The notes under the pieces are model-generated. The model was not told where the DNA came from and did not search any database. It saw only the letters and a program-made list of their open reading frames with translations. A stretch of DNA of 64,000 nt, taken from the IMG/VR virus record IMGVR_UViG_3300028833_000129; one strand, written 5' to 3'. The position numbers and the translations under genes were made by a program. The stretch is from an uncultured virus (IMG/VR IMGVR_UViG_3300028833_000129) (taxonomy: Duplodnaviria > Heunggongvirae > Uroviricota > Caudoviricetes). Shown one piece after another: positions 29,731 to 40,500 of the stretch; the stretch's first letter is position 1, and the number at the start of each line of letters is the position of its first letter.

Positions 29731-32700
29731 ATGATTAAATACAACGAATCAAAAATAAATGATTGGAACTTTGGCGATGACAATATCATAAAGGTGTATC
29801 GAAACAATGCCGTTTGTTACTATAAGGTTGCAGGAAGTTCACCAACAGCCCAAACACCATGTTTTGCAGTTGTCGATGATATAACACAGTATCACGACAC
29901 TGAATTTGTTGATGTATTTGACAATGCAACTGAAAAATGGTACAAACTTAACAATCTTAATCAATTTGAAGAATATGGTGTATATGCTAGCGGAAGAACT
30001 GAATGCCAAAGTGCACCATCAAGGCTACCAGCTGGATATACAGAATTGGTAGATTTTACTGTTCCAATGGTGCATGATGTATATGGTGCAAGTGCCTTTA
30101 CTGTTCCAAACAATCTTCAAGAAGATTACAAATACACATTTGAATTTACCCCACTAGATTTTTATACAACAAGTTATTATGGCGATATTGTCGATAATGA
30201 TGGTGGCGTGGAGTTTAAAAAGTTTGGAATATTGAAATGGGATAATGGTTGGGGAACTGTTGCCAATAGAGGGTGTGTTTCTCTATTCAACTATAGAATG
30301 GATGGAAGGAATGTTGATAGCAGCCCAATGGCAGGTAAAATTGCATTTTATGAAAATTCTAGAACTAAAGTTGTAACTAATTTGCATAATTACACGTTGG
30401 GGCAAGGCGCTGATTTACTTATTGAAAGTGAAGGGTATGAAACATATAGTGGAACAAGCACAATGACATGGAGTTCAGCAACAATTGCAACAGGTATATA
30501 CGATATGCCATTGTTTTCTACTATAAATGGAAATAACAATAACAGTTGGTATTCTGCAAATTTGAAGTTCCATAACTTCAAGGTTGAAACAAGTGGTGGC
30601 ACTGCTGTTTATGACTATGTTCCTTGCAAAATGGATAGCGACAATAAAGTTGGCGTGTATGACATTGTAAACAATGCATTCTATGCACCTTCTGCATTCA
30701 CATTAACAGCAGGTGAAGAGGGAACACCACAACAGGATTGTGTCACAACATATAAGGGAAAGTTGACCATTGATGGTGATTATGAATATGAATGGGATGG
30801 TAATAGTTGGAATAATCTAGGAGAAATAACAGGTGATTCAAAAACAAACAATTTCACAATTGAAAATATTGGCGAAAGTGGCGATACAAGCAATTTTTCT
30901 GATGGTGATTATGTTGTTATATCATTTAAGAACCACAACAACCCCAAAGAACCACAATATATGATGTCATATTTTAACGATGGCACGTACAATAGGGCGG
31001 GCAATTTCAGTGCCAATACAGGTTCGAATACAATAACCACAAGCACCATCATTGATGCAGCAGTATGGAAATTGGAAGATACAGCATCGGCAAATACATA
31101 TTACATCAAAAACGTTAATACTGGTGAATATTTTGGTTATCAAGCAAGGACAACTTCAAATTCATTCTATTTGGTTGATGAATCCCAAAAAGCACCAATT
31201 CTTCTAGATGATTATGATGGGGCGATTGGCTTAATTGAAATGAAACAGTGGGGCGGCAGTTATTTTGGTGGGTATGGATTGAATCAGTTGTTTAATTCTA
31301 CTAATTTGCTTAATTGGTATAATAACGACGGTAGAAGCGAAAGTGCTTTCTATACAAATGATGGAAATGCATTATATACAATGTACAAAGTCAATAATGG
31401 CGCTGTTGATTATCCAAAGTATTATGCTGACAAGTCAGAACCAGAAAACTATGTAACATTTGATACAATGGAAGAGGCACTTGCATACGAATGCCCTTGG
31501 GTTGGAATGGTTGCATTTATTGATGGCGAAAGATATACATTTGATTCTACAAATACTTGGGTTAAAGTTCTGGAATATTACAAGGTTGAAGATGTAACGC
31601 CAAATGCTGCAAGTGGATGGACAATTACCCAATCTGCAACGTATAATCCAAATTCTTCGTATTATGATGATTTCGACCTTGAAACAACTTCAACTTCATA
31701 TTCTTATAAAGTTGCAAAGGTTACGATTTTTGGGTATGAAGACTTTACATATTATTTAAGAACAAGTGGCTATCCAAGCAATAACTATGTTGTTGCAACA
31801 AATGTTGATGAATTGTCAACAGACCAGACAAGCATGTCCTATAATGACCCTAGAGCAATAACAAATACGTATGGATGGGACAAAGCACCAAAATCTGCTG
31901 TTAATTTAAGCAACTATAGAAGGGTAACATATAATAATCTGGATAAAAATGTCGAACACACGTTTTATGTTATTTTCTATGGCAGAACATACAGCAGTTA
32001 TATTGGCAATGCAACAATATTAATTCCAAAAGACCAAACAAATGAAAATTGGGAGCAGGTAACATTCTCTGCATCAACAATTAGTTCAACAGTTAATAAA
32101 AACTTGTATATTGATGGCAATAATTCAACAAGTGGTGGCACTAATTATTTCTATAGTAGATGGATTATAGGTTTACCAAGTGGCAGTCATACTTCATATA
32201 CAAACTATTCAAACTATAATTATTGCCCAAGCGTATCTAGTGCCACATTTACGTCTGTTGCAGGCGACGTAAGAAGCGTTAACTTTATATATGATTCTAT
32301 AAGCAATAAAACATTACAGTTAAGACTTGTAGATGGCAACAGCAATGTTTTAACACCTAGTGAAACTGTATATTATAATCTGTTTAAATATAATGCTTGT
32401 GGTGTTGGAATTTCTAGTATAAATTCATATCCAAGAAATGAATCTATGCCAATAGGAGGTAGGTTTAGACTTGCCCAATCATCAGATAGGCATTACATAT
32501 ATGGCTATCAACTACAAACTGCATTAAATACAGACTTTTACACTGACAACTACAATAGCACATTTGATATTGTTTATTCCAAGTTAAATGATGAAGCAGT
32601 AACAATTACCTATGTAACGTATGACCCCAATGATGCTGAAACACCTGCATTTAAGACAGAAGTAACATGGCCATATAATGGTGGCACAACGTCTTCAACA

Positions 32701-33636
32701 ACGTCGACAAGTTATGACGTGCCATATACGTATAGTTACACTGTTAGTCAGACAAGCAACATGTTTTCAGCAAATAACCAGGTGTTCACAGCAGGGCAAG
32801 CAGCAAGGACAGTAACGTTTACATTATACCCCAATAACAGGGAGTTTGCAAGCGTGGCAGACATGGAAGCATATGCATATGCATGGGAAGGAATGAAAGC
32901 AACTGTTAATGGAACAAAGTATAAATATGAAAATGGTGAATGGGTTGAAAATACATATTCTTTACCAGATATTCCATTTGTGCTTAATTATAACGCCAAA
33001 CAATATGATGCCACGACACATTCAATGCCAAAAACAGATGGGCAGTTGAATGATGTTGATGCAGTTGCAGTAGTGAATCCTTCTAACATTGTTGACCATT
33101 CTGCTGATGGTTATATATCAGTTAATACTGCTTCAATGCAAATAAGAAAAGCAAATCAAGACATTGCACTTTTCAATCGTACAAATACATCAACAGGTGC
33201 AGCATTTACCATTGTTTCAAAAGCTATGACAACTTCTGCTGGTACACATAGTGTTATAACAAACAGGGATAACAATTACAATTGGATGTATAGACAATAT
33301 ACAGGAAAACTAACATTGCATGGAACTAGTCCAACAGGTGAAATTTCTTGTTCAAGTTCAAACCCTGATATATTATCAGCTAGAGTATATTGGGATAATA
33401 ATTCTGCAAAAGTGTATTATAATAACTGGACAAGTGGAAATGCTACAACCCCAACTAATTTTACTTTTGGTGGCATAAATGCTGATAGTTCAAAAGCAGG
33501 TGCATTATTTACTGGTTATGGTTATAATGTTACTAAAGAACAATGGGTAGGCGATTTCTATTGGATTTACATGTCACAGACAACATTAACTGATGAACAA
33601 ATTCAACAGGTGATTGACTACAACGAAAACCTATAA
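29731..33636 (+). CDS. Large multidomain receptor-binding/adhesin protein (lectin-like domains)
   Basis: 1301 aa; ConA/LamG-like segments (YDYVPC...VGVYDIVNNAFY; LTDEQIQQVIDY) and a beta-trefoil-like segment (VWKLE...YYIKNVNTGEY) separated by repeated linker motifs. Confidence 0.55.
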   Translation: MIKYNESKINDWNFGDDNIIKVYRNNAVCYYKVAGSSPTAQTPCFAVVDDITQYHDTEFVDVFDNATEKWYKLNNLNQFEEYGVYASGRTECQSAPSRLPAGYTELVDFTVPMVHDVYGASAFTVPNNLQEDYKYTFEFTPLDFYTTSYYGDIVDNDGGVEFKKFGILKWDNGWGTVANRGCVSLFNYRMDGRNVDSSPMAGKIAFYENSRTKVVTNLHNYTLGQGADLLIESEGYETYSGTSTMTWSSATIATGIYDMPLFSTINGNNNNSWYSANLKFHNFKVETSGGTAVYDYVPCKMDSDNKVGVYDIVNNAFYAPSAFTLTAGEEGTPQQDCVTTYKGKLTIDGDYEYEWDGNSWNNLGEITGDSKTNNFTIENIGESGDTSNFSDGDYVVISFKNHNNPKEPQYMMSYFNDGTYNRAGNFSANTGSNTITTSTIIDAAVWKLEDTASANTYYIKNVNTGEYFGYQARTTSNSFYLVDESQKAPILLDDYDGAIGLIEMKQWGGSYFGGYGLNQLFNSTNLLNWYNNDGRSESAFYTNDGNALYTMYKVNNGAVDYPKYYADKSEPENYVTFDTMEEALAYECPWVGMVAFIDGERYTFDSTNTWVKVLEYYKVEDVTPNAASGWTITQSATYNPNSSYYDDFDLETTSTSYSYKVAKVTIFGYEDFTYYLRTSGYPSNNYVVATNVDELSTDQTSMSYNDPRAITNTYGWDKAPKSAVNLSNYRRVTYNNLDKNVEHTFYVIFYGRTYSSYIGNATILIPKDQTNENWEQVTFSASTISSTVNKNLYIDGNNSTSGGTNYFYSRWIIGLPSGSHTSYTNYSNYNYCPSVSSATFTSVAGDVRSVNFIYDSISNKTLQLRLVDGNSNVLTPSETVYYNLFKYNACGVGISSINSYPRNESMPIGGRFRLAQSSDRHYIYGYQLQTALNTDFYTDNYNSTFDIVYSKLNDEAVTITYVTYDPNDAETPAFKTEVTWPYNGGTTSSTTSTSYDVPYTYSYTVSQTSNMFSANNQVFTAGQAARTVTFTLYPNNREFASVADMEAYAYAWEGMKATVNGTKYKYENGEWVENTYSLPDIPFVLNYNAKQYDATTHSMPKTDGQLNDVDAVAVVNPSNIVDHSADGYISVNTASMQIRKANQDIALFNRTNTSTGAAFTIVSKAMTTSAGTHSVITNRDNNYNWMYRQYTGKLTLHGTSPTGEISCSSSNPDILSARVYWDNNSAKVYYNNWTSGNATTPTNFTFGGINADSSKAGALFTGYGYNVTKEQWVGDFYWIYMSQTTLTDEQIQQVIDYNENL

Positions 33637-33641
33637 AACAA

Positions 33642-33670
33642 AAAATCCCAAGCGTTAAACTTGGGATTTT
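33642..33670. terminator. Bidirectional terminator between convergent genes
   Basis: AAAATCCCAAG-CGTTAAA-CTTGGGATTTT. Confidence 0.75.
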
Positions 33671-33692
33671 ATTTTTGTTAAATATTTTTATT

Positions 33693-34388
33693 CTATGATA
33701 CAACCAAAGTCGTACCTGTTACAGTTATGACTTGGTTCTTTCCTGCAAGTCCTGTAAATACAGCACCACCTGCAACAGCATTCGTACTATTTTCAATGAT
33801 TGTTTGGTCAACAGTAGTAGATGCTGTTACACTGATAACGTTTTGATTGTTGATAGCAATACCTGCACCAGCTGTTAACGTGTCTTGCTTACCATTAAGG
33901 GCGTTATCAACTTCTGTCTTGGTGTAATAGTTGGTTGGGTCAAATAAATCAGCAATAGGAATGTCAGTTTCTTGTATTCCAGCATCAGTATTCCACTTAA
34001 ACACCAAACAAGTGACAGTTTCACCTTCAATCACAACATCATCAATTTCAACACTTACAAGGAATCCATCTTTGACAAATGGTGTTGCATCAACATAGGT
34101 TAATACAGCCCCAGTAGTTGAATCATGATAGAAGTTAATTCTTTGGGTGGCTGAATCATAGGCAACAGCACCGAATAATGGTGCAATGGCTGTTTCAACG
34201 TCACCACTCGTCTGATAATGCATGCTTGCAATTGCTTCTGTAACTGCTGTTATAGCAGCGTAAATGCCACTACCTTTAACGGCATTAGCACCATCACTAG
34301 TAACAGTGTTGTCAAGTGTATGAAGGGCAGTGGAATCGACTATGGTATAATCAGTTCCTGATAGTCTAATTTCATTAATATTCGGCAT
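33693..34388 (-). CDS. Tail fibre-like protein (reverse orientation)
   Basis: TNYYTKTEVD..L.GKQDTLTAGAGI.I fibre motifs. Confidence 0.65.
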   Translation of the reverse strand: MPNINEIRLSGTDYTIVDSTALHTLDNTVTSDGANAVKGSGIYAAITAVTEAIASMHYQTSGDVETAIAPLFGAVAYDSATQRINFYHDSTTGAVLTYVDATPFVKDGFLVSVEIDDVVIEGETVTCLVFKWNTDAGIQETDIPIADLFDPTNYYTKTEVDNALNGKQDTLTAGAGIAINNQNVISVTASTTVDQTIIENSTNAVAGGAVFTGLAGKNQVITVTGTTLVVS

Positions 34389-34410
34389 AATACGTATTAT
34401 TTTTTAATTA

Positions 34411-34716
34411 TTATTCATTTAAAACAAGGGTTGTTCCGTCAATTTTGGCATAGTTATCCATAACACCTTCCAATGCTGTTATATCTAGATAATTTTCCAA
34501 AATGGCGTTAATTTCATTTTTTGTATAAGTATTCCCTAGTATTTCGTTAACTTGTTGGGATAATTCTGCAACACTTTCACTGCTTGCCTTATCCTTTAAC
34601 AACTTATCAATTTGATAAATGGTATAATAGTTATCAGCATTGGCAAGCATTTCACAACAGTTGTTGTATATTTCCCATCTTTTCATGTCTTCATCTGGAT
34701 AAATGCATCTTCCCAT
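34411..34716 (-). CDS. Small fibre/anchor-like protein
   Basis: Start MGRCIY about 20 nt downstream of a minus-strand ATATGTTTA; NYYT...ID and NTYTKNEIN motifs. Confidence 0.6.
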   Translation of the reverse strand: MGRCIYPDEDMKRWEIYNNCCEMLANADNYYTIYQIDKLLKDKASSESVAELSQQVNEILGNTYTKNEINAILENYLDITALEGVMDNYAKIDGTTLVLNE

Positions 34717-34735
34717 TGTAAAATATATTTTACAA

Positions 34736-34766
34736 TAAACATATCTGTCTTTAAATAATATGTTTA
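34736..34766. promoter_or_regulatory. Back-to-back late promoter motifs
   Basis: TAAACATAT (34736-34744) and ATATGTTTA (34758-34766). Confidence 0.65.
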
Positions 34767-34784
34767 TTGGTAAATAAACATGCA

Positions 34785-36884
34785 ATGGTAAAGAACTTTT
34801 TAATGAAATTCTGCAAATATGGTATTCACAACCTTCAACCATATTGTTATATATTTGATGAAACAAACGTAAAGTCAATTAAAATAGATAATGGCAGGGC
34901 ATACGTTCAAATGATACACCCTTCACCAACTATTTTATCTGGTTTTTCAATATCATTCAACGAAACAACGTCACTTGATGAAAGGTATAGGTTTACAAAG
35001 TCGGTTGTTATCAATGTTGCAGGAAAGGCAGACATAACAACGTTGGTTGGAAGGAAACTATATGTTGTCTTGGAAGGCAAAAATGGAAAGCGTTATCTTT
35101 TCAATCCAGACTTTAAGGCAAACTTGCAATATACATTCAATGTTGGGGAAAATCAGAACCAAACGGAAATAACGTTTCAGACCTCTTCAAATTACCCCAC
35201 CTTGGTAGTTGACCACTTGAACGTGGAAAAGCCAACAGCGTGCTCCTATTATGCCTTAAATGGCATTCTAAAGGTAGAAATGATAGAGCAGACAAAGGCA
35301 AGGCTTGACAGAAATGCAAAAATAGCGTATTTGACTGAAAATCTAAAGGACATTGAACACTACAAGAACAGTGCAATGGTCGAAGAAAACTTTGATGGTG
35401 AAAAGATAACAAACACGCTTCAATTTGCACTTCCATTGTCTTCATTTGATGATTCATTTCCTTATAACCTTCTAGAGTTTTTCAATAACGTATATTTTGC
35501 AAAGGTAACAACAAAGGACAATAAAATTATATACATCGAAAACCTTCAACCCAAATATAACGTTGAAGCATCATCAAACGTTGGCAATAGCGACACTGTT
35601 ACGATAACATTAACTGCTGTTGGAAGACTAGGCGTTGTGGTTGATGAAATTGAAGAGCAGAAAAATGAAGAAACATATTGGGATTTTGTCAGATACATTG
35701 GAAACGTCAAGACCTATGAATGTAGTGGAGGACCAGGACTTGCAAGGCACTTGATGATGGCTGAATTTAATGCATTGGGAAATATGACAGGCAAATACAA
35801 GATGGTTGAAGACGTATATGAATGCTTGCAAGACCCTGATGATGATTGGTGTCATGAAAACTATGATGGATTATTGCAATTTTGGAATGACATTGTTGGA
35901 ACATTTGAAAACGTCACTTTTCCACGTCCAAACACCAACTATTTTCCAACAATAGAATGTGCATACAGGGAAGACGAACATGATTGCACCATTGAAACCA
36001 ATATGCCAAATACAATTGCATTATCTGGATCTTCATTATCATTTGATTTTATGGCATCATGCAATTGGTCAATAACACCTGCAACAACTGCTGTCACTGT
36101 AAGTCCTGCAACAGGGGAAGGTGGCACAAACTATACAATAACCATTACTTCCAACGTAACACCCTCTACAGGCTCTATAAACGTCCCATTGGCTGTTTTA
36201 TGTTGTGCTAGTGAATATAACTATAACGTCAACATACAAGCCCCTATTAGTTGTATAAAGCCCCAAGAAACAACTATTGACTGTCTACAACAAACAATAT
36301 CATTCGAAGTTAATTGTGATAATTTCTATGTCGATAGCATTACAAAAGATGGCAGTGTCGTTTCAGATATAACAACGACAAAGGGGTATAATACACTTAA
36401 TGTAACAATACCCCAAAACACAACGTCAGACCCAATACAATACGTTATAACAGTGTCTGGATGCTGCAATGGAACTGCAACCATCAACCAAACAAAGCAA
36501 TATTCAGATTGGATTGTCGAAGATGGTGAATACATTTGTCAAGATGGGGCAAAGTACGAAAAGGTGTATCTTTGGACTGGAACATCAACAACAACATTGG
36601 TGAAAACATCAACGTTTAGGATTGGAAGCCTTATTCAATCACATAGTAGGGATTGTTGGTTGGATTCTCGTTGGAGTTGGCTAGGGCATTATATCTGCCT
36701 TGATGCAGAAGACGAGCATTGCCAGAAATATAGATTAATGGAAGAGGAATATACACTTGATGGTGTTACATGGCAAACAACAGGGCATGTGAAACTTGGG
36801 GATTTTGTTGCCATTGACTGTGATTTTTGCAACCAAACGACAACAATAACTTGGGTGTTGACTGATGAAATCCTGTGCCTTTAA
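34785..36884 (+). CDS. Tail protein: tandem tail-tube-like domains, BACON-like domains and Cys/Asp-box modules
   Basis: IEHYKNSAMVEE resembles tail tube IEPQKNSASFED; CNWSIT...VTVSPATG.G (BACON-like); EEYTLDGVTWQTTG. Confidence 0.55.
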   Translation: MVKNFLMKFCKYGIHNLQPYCYIFDETNVKSIKIDNGRAYVQMIHPSPTILSGFSISFNETTSLDERYRFTKSVVINVAGKADITTLVGRKLYVVLEGKNGKRYLFNPDFKANLQYTFNVGENQNQTEITFQTSSNYPTLVVDHLNVEKPTACSYYALNGILKVEMIEQTKARLDRNAKIAYLTENLKDIEHYKNSAMVEENFDGEKITNTLQFALPLSSFDDSFPYNLLEFFNNVYFAKVTTKDNKIIYIENLQPKYNVEASSNVGNSDTVTITLTAVGRLGVVVDEIEEQKNEETYWDFVRYIGNVKTYECSGGPGLARHLMMAEFNALGNMTGKYKMVEDVYECLQDPDDDWCHENYDGLLQFWNDIVGTFENVTFPRPNTNYFPTIECAYREDEHDCTIETNMPNTIALSGSSLSFDFMASCNWSITPATTAVTVSPATGEGGTNYTITITSNVTPSTGSINVPLAVLCCASEYNYNVNIQAPISCIKPQETTIDCLQQTISFEVNCDNFYVDSITKDGSVVSDITTTKGYNTLNVTIPQNTTSDPIQYVITVSGCCNGTATINQTKQYSDWIVEDGEYICQDGAKYEKVYLWTGTSTTTLVKTSTFRIGSLIQSHSRDCWLDSRWSWLGHYICLDAEDEHCQKYRLMEEEYTLDGVTWQTTGHVKLGDFVAIDCDFCNQTTTITWVLTDEILCL

Positions 36885-36893
36885 ATACAGTGG

Positions 36894-37526
36894 CTACAGT
36901 GGGGTGTAACTCCACATGTAGCCGCCACATGTTTTTCTTTTATTTTTGCAACATTCTGAAATGTGGCATGGTATTTCTAATTCTTCATATACATCTTTAG
37001 CAGACGGCCAAATTTTGACAAGTTCACCATCCAAAGTATATTGGAATATTGTTTTTTTCCTAGCTTCTGATGCATTTTTTATTTGCTCTTCTGATTGTTC
37101 TTTTCCTTTCTTTGCTTTTGACATTTTTTGTCTAGTTTCATCATATAGGTGTTTTCCATACCAATAGTTTTTTTCGCCTTTCTTTGCTTCTGACATTTTT
37201 TGTCTAGTTTCATCAGAGTGGTGTACACCATTAGGGCCACCACCACCTTTAGAAAGGTTATACCCATTTGGCCATAAGGTGTTATAGTCATTTATAAAAC
37301 GTTGTTCCAACTCCCAAGCATCTTCCCTGTTATCAACTTCTGCAAGTGTCTCTACAGTCCAATTGTCTAGACCATATTTGGCTCTGTCATTGCAAATGTG
37401 GCCATTAGCATAATAATAATTTAAGCATTTCCATTCATTTTCCCTTCGTTTAAAATCACTTGTTTGGCCGACATAACATTTCCCATTAACTTTGTTTCTT
37501 CGTAGGTAAATAGTAAACTTCCCCAT
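36894..37526 (-). CDS. GIY-YIG homing endonuclease with NUMOD3/NUMOD1
   Basis: TIYLRRNKVNGKCYVGQT, WELEQRFI...NGYN, HSDETRQKMS repeats. Confidence 0.85.
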   Translation of the reverse strand: MGKFTIYLRRNKVNGKCYVGQTSDFKRRENEWKCLNYYYANGHICNDRAKYGLDNWTVETLAEVDNREDAWELEQRFINDYNTLWPNGYNLSKGGGGPNGVHHSDETRQKMSEAKKGEKNYWYGKHLYDETRQKMSKAKKGKEQSEEQIKNASEARKKTIFQYTLDGELVKIWPSAKDVYEELEIPCHISECCKNKRKTCGGYMWSYTPL

Positions 37527-37561
37527 ATCATAATATGTTTAATATAAATTAGCGTTTGACA

Positions 37562-37591
37562 CAAATATACAAAAAATATTTAAAAAACAAA
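37562..37591 (-). promoter_or_regulatory. Bacteroidetes housekeeping promoter for the GIY-YIG gene
   Basis: TTTG-N18-TATATTTG. Confidence 0.6.
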
Positions 37592-37599
37592 ATTGAATT

Positions 37600-40500
37600 A
37601 TGGCTAATATAAAGGAATATAAAATTGTTATCAACGGCCTTAATGAAAGCGTCAGTGCAGTTGATAGTCTTAACAAGCAACTTGAAGCCCTTGAAAATAG
37701 AATGAAAGCATTGGAAGGTAAGGGCATTGGTGCTTCAACTGGTGGCAGCGGTGGCAGTAGACGTTCTGAATTGTCAGAGCAAGAAAAGATTGAAAAGCAA
37801 ATCGCCCAAATACAGGAAAAACAAGCAGCATACAGAAGCGAAGAATACAAAGCACTGCTGATGGAGAAGGATGCATTAAAGCAAATCACCACTGAAATGA
37901 AATCCCAAGCAGCAGCAGCGAAAGGCGATGGGTATAACCTAAACACCATGCAGGGCATGAAGGAAAGACTTCGTGACCTAAAGTTGCAGCATAACACAAC
38001 TGACATAAACGATGATTTATTCAAGCAGCAGACCAGAGAAATCAATGAATTAACACAAAAATTAAAGGAGTTAGAAGCAGAATATGGCGTTTATTCAAGG
38101 AATGTTGGCAATTATGCCAATGGTGTAACAGAAGGTATCAAACATGCTAGACAAGAACTTCGTGACCTAAAGACTGAAATGCAAGACCTTGCCAATAAGA
38201 AAGCAAATGGCATTATAAGTGAAGAGGAAGAGGAACGTTTAAAGGCTGTTGTGCATGAATACAACAACATGAAATCAACGTTGGAAGATGCAAACAAGCC
38301 AATGGATGCTCTTATGGACACTATGCAGTCAATGGTGGCTATTGCTTCAACAACAAAAGGTTTTGCAGCGTTTTTTGGGCTTGATGGTGATAAGGTTGAA
38401 GAAAGTTTGAAGAAACTTCTAGCACTTCAAAACGCTATGCAAGGGTTGCAGACATTGCAAAAGCAGATGCAAACAGGTGAAGGGTTTGGCAAATACTTTG
38501 CAAGTGCAAATAGTTCAATTGACAAGTTCGTTGCAAAGATTACCAAGGCGAAGATTGGTGTTAATGGCCTAGAGAAATCTTCTAAAACAGCAACATTGGC
38601 AGTTAAGGGATTTTCAACAGCATTAAAGGCAACTGGTATTGGACTTGCAGTTTGGATTGGTAGCGAAGTAATTGATGGTATTGGTAAATTCATTGATAAT
38701 TTAAAGGCAGCAGATAAGGCAGCAGAAGAGTTTAAACAAACACTTGATGATGTTGCTGACAAGTCACTTGCAGAAAGTATTGGTGCAAGAACTGACATTG
38801 ATGAATTTATTTCAAAGATGAAAGTTGCAAGTGGCAGCACAGCCCAAGAAAAGAAGATTATAGATGAATTAAACAAGTCATATGGTGATTTGATGGGGCA
38901 TTATTATACTTTGTCCCAGTGGTTTGATGTGCTTCAAAATAAAAGGGAAAATTATGTCAAACTGATTGAACAAGAAAAGAGACTTGATGAATTAAGGACG
39001 TTATATGAAACCACACAGCAAGCTAAAGAAAAAGCAATAGAAACTAGAAAGCAAGCAGAAGCACAAGCAGCACTTAACCATCAAGTTGGTAATGGTATCA
39101 TTGAATCAATTGCATATACTAATGCATTAAAAGCCGAATCAATTGCAACCCATCAAGCAACTTTAGCTGCATTGCAATACAAAGCCGAATTATTTTTAGT
39201 TAATAGATTAAGGGCTGCAATGGAAAGAGAAGCGGAAGGTAACCCAGAATCAGGCAGAACACCTACAACCACCACCAAAACTGTTGATGCTGAAAAGGAA
39301 CTACAGAATCTTCGTTTGAAGTACATGAAGGATGGACTTAATAAGCGAATGATGCAGCTAGACGAAGAGAAACGCCAAACTTTGGCTAAACTAAAAAACA
39401 ATCAAAAACAGTATCTAGAAGCTGAAAAGATATTTGAAGAGAGGCGTTTGGAAATCATCAAAGAATATAGTGATGAAATTGCAAAGAAAATAGCAGAATC
39501 GACACAAAACATAAAGGAATTTGGCTTAAATATAGATAAAAACAAACTTGAAGCAGAAGCGAATGAAATTGCTAGATTAATTGATGAAGCATTAAAGAAA
39601 ATACCCCCTATTGAATCTGGATATACAGAGCCATTGGCAGCGTCTTTTGGCAAAAGAATGGACGATATGATTACCTTCCATGAAAAAGTTGTAGAGGCTG
39701 AACAAAGGAATAGTAGGGAAAAGTATGCATTGTTAAGAGAAGCTGCATTAAAGGAATTGGAATTGCAGAAAGATACAGAAGATAAACGTTTCGAAGCTGA
39801 AAAACAAGCAAATCACAAAACAATTGTTGAAGCAGGACAAGCAATTACCAAAATTATTAAAGATAGGGAGGAAGCCCATGAACAGTTAACTGATGAAGAT
39901 GAAAAAAATATAAAAAAATTATGGAAAATCCAACTTGATGCCAACAAAAATCAAGAAGTTTTAATGCAAAACCATAAAGAAAAGTTGGAGTTAATCGAAT
40001 TAAATCACAAATATGCCATTAGAAAACTTATCGATGATGAAAATAATGAACAAGCAGCAATTGACAATCAGTATTATGATGTTAGATTAAACGACTTTAG
40101 GAATTACTTAGCAGAAGTTAACGATTTAATATCCAAGCAGCCAGAAAGAAACATTTGGACTATTGTAAACTATAAAAAGACGAAGGAAAATCTAACAGAA
40201 CTTAAAGAGGCTGTTTCTGAAACTCTAGGGCAAATTGATTTAATTGTAAAAGATGCAACTGAAAAATATAAAGATTCAAATCCAGATATTTATAATGCTG
40301 TTATAAGTACAACCAACGACATTAAAAAATCAGTTGAAGATACTGCTATTTATATCAAAGAAAAAGAAGACACGTTGCTTGGTGATTTGATTAATAGCAT
40401 CAATAACTATGTACAAGAACTTGGAAACGCTATACAGACTGTTATGCAGGCTGTTAACGACTATCAAGACTATCAGTTGGATAAGCAACAGGACTACTTG

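Noticed and set aside
21272..33636. Diversity-generating retroelement acting on LRR/fibre genes
   Set aside because: No reverse transcriptase in the apparently complete B unit; no non-coding template repeat seen; differences between repeats are not adenine-restricted
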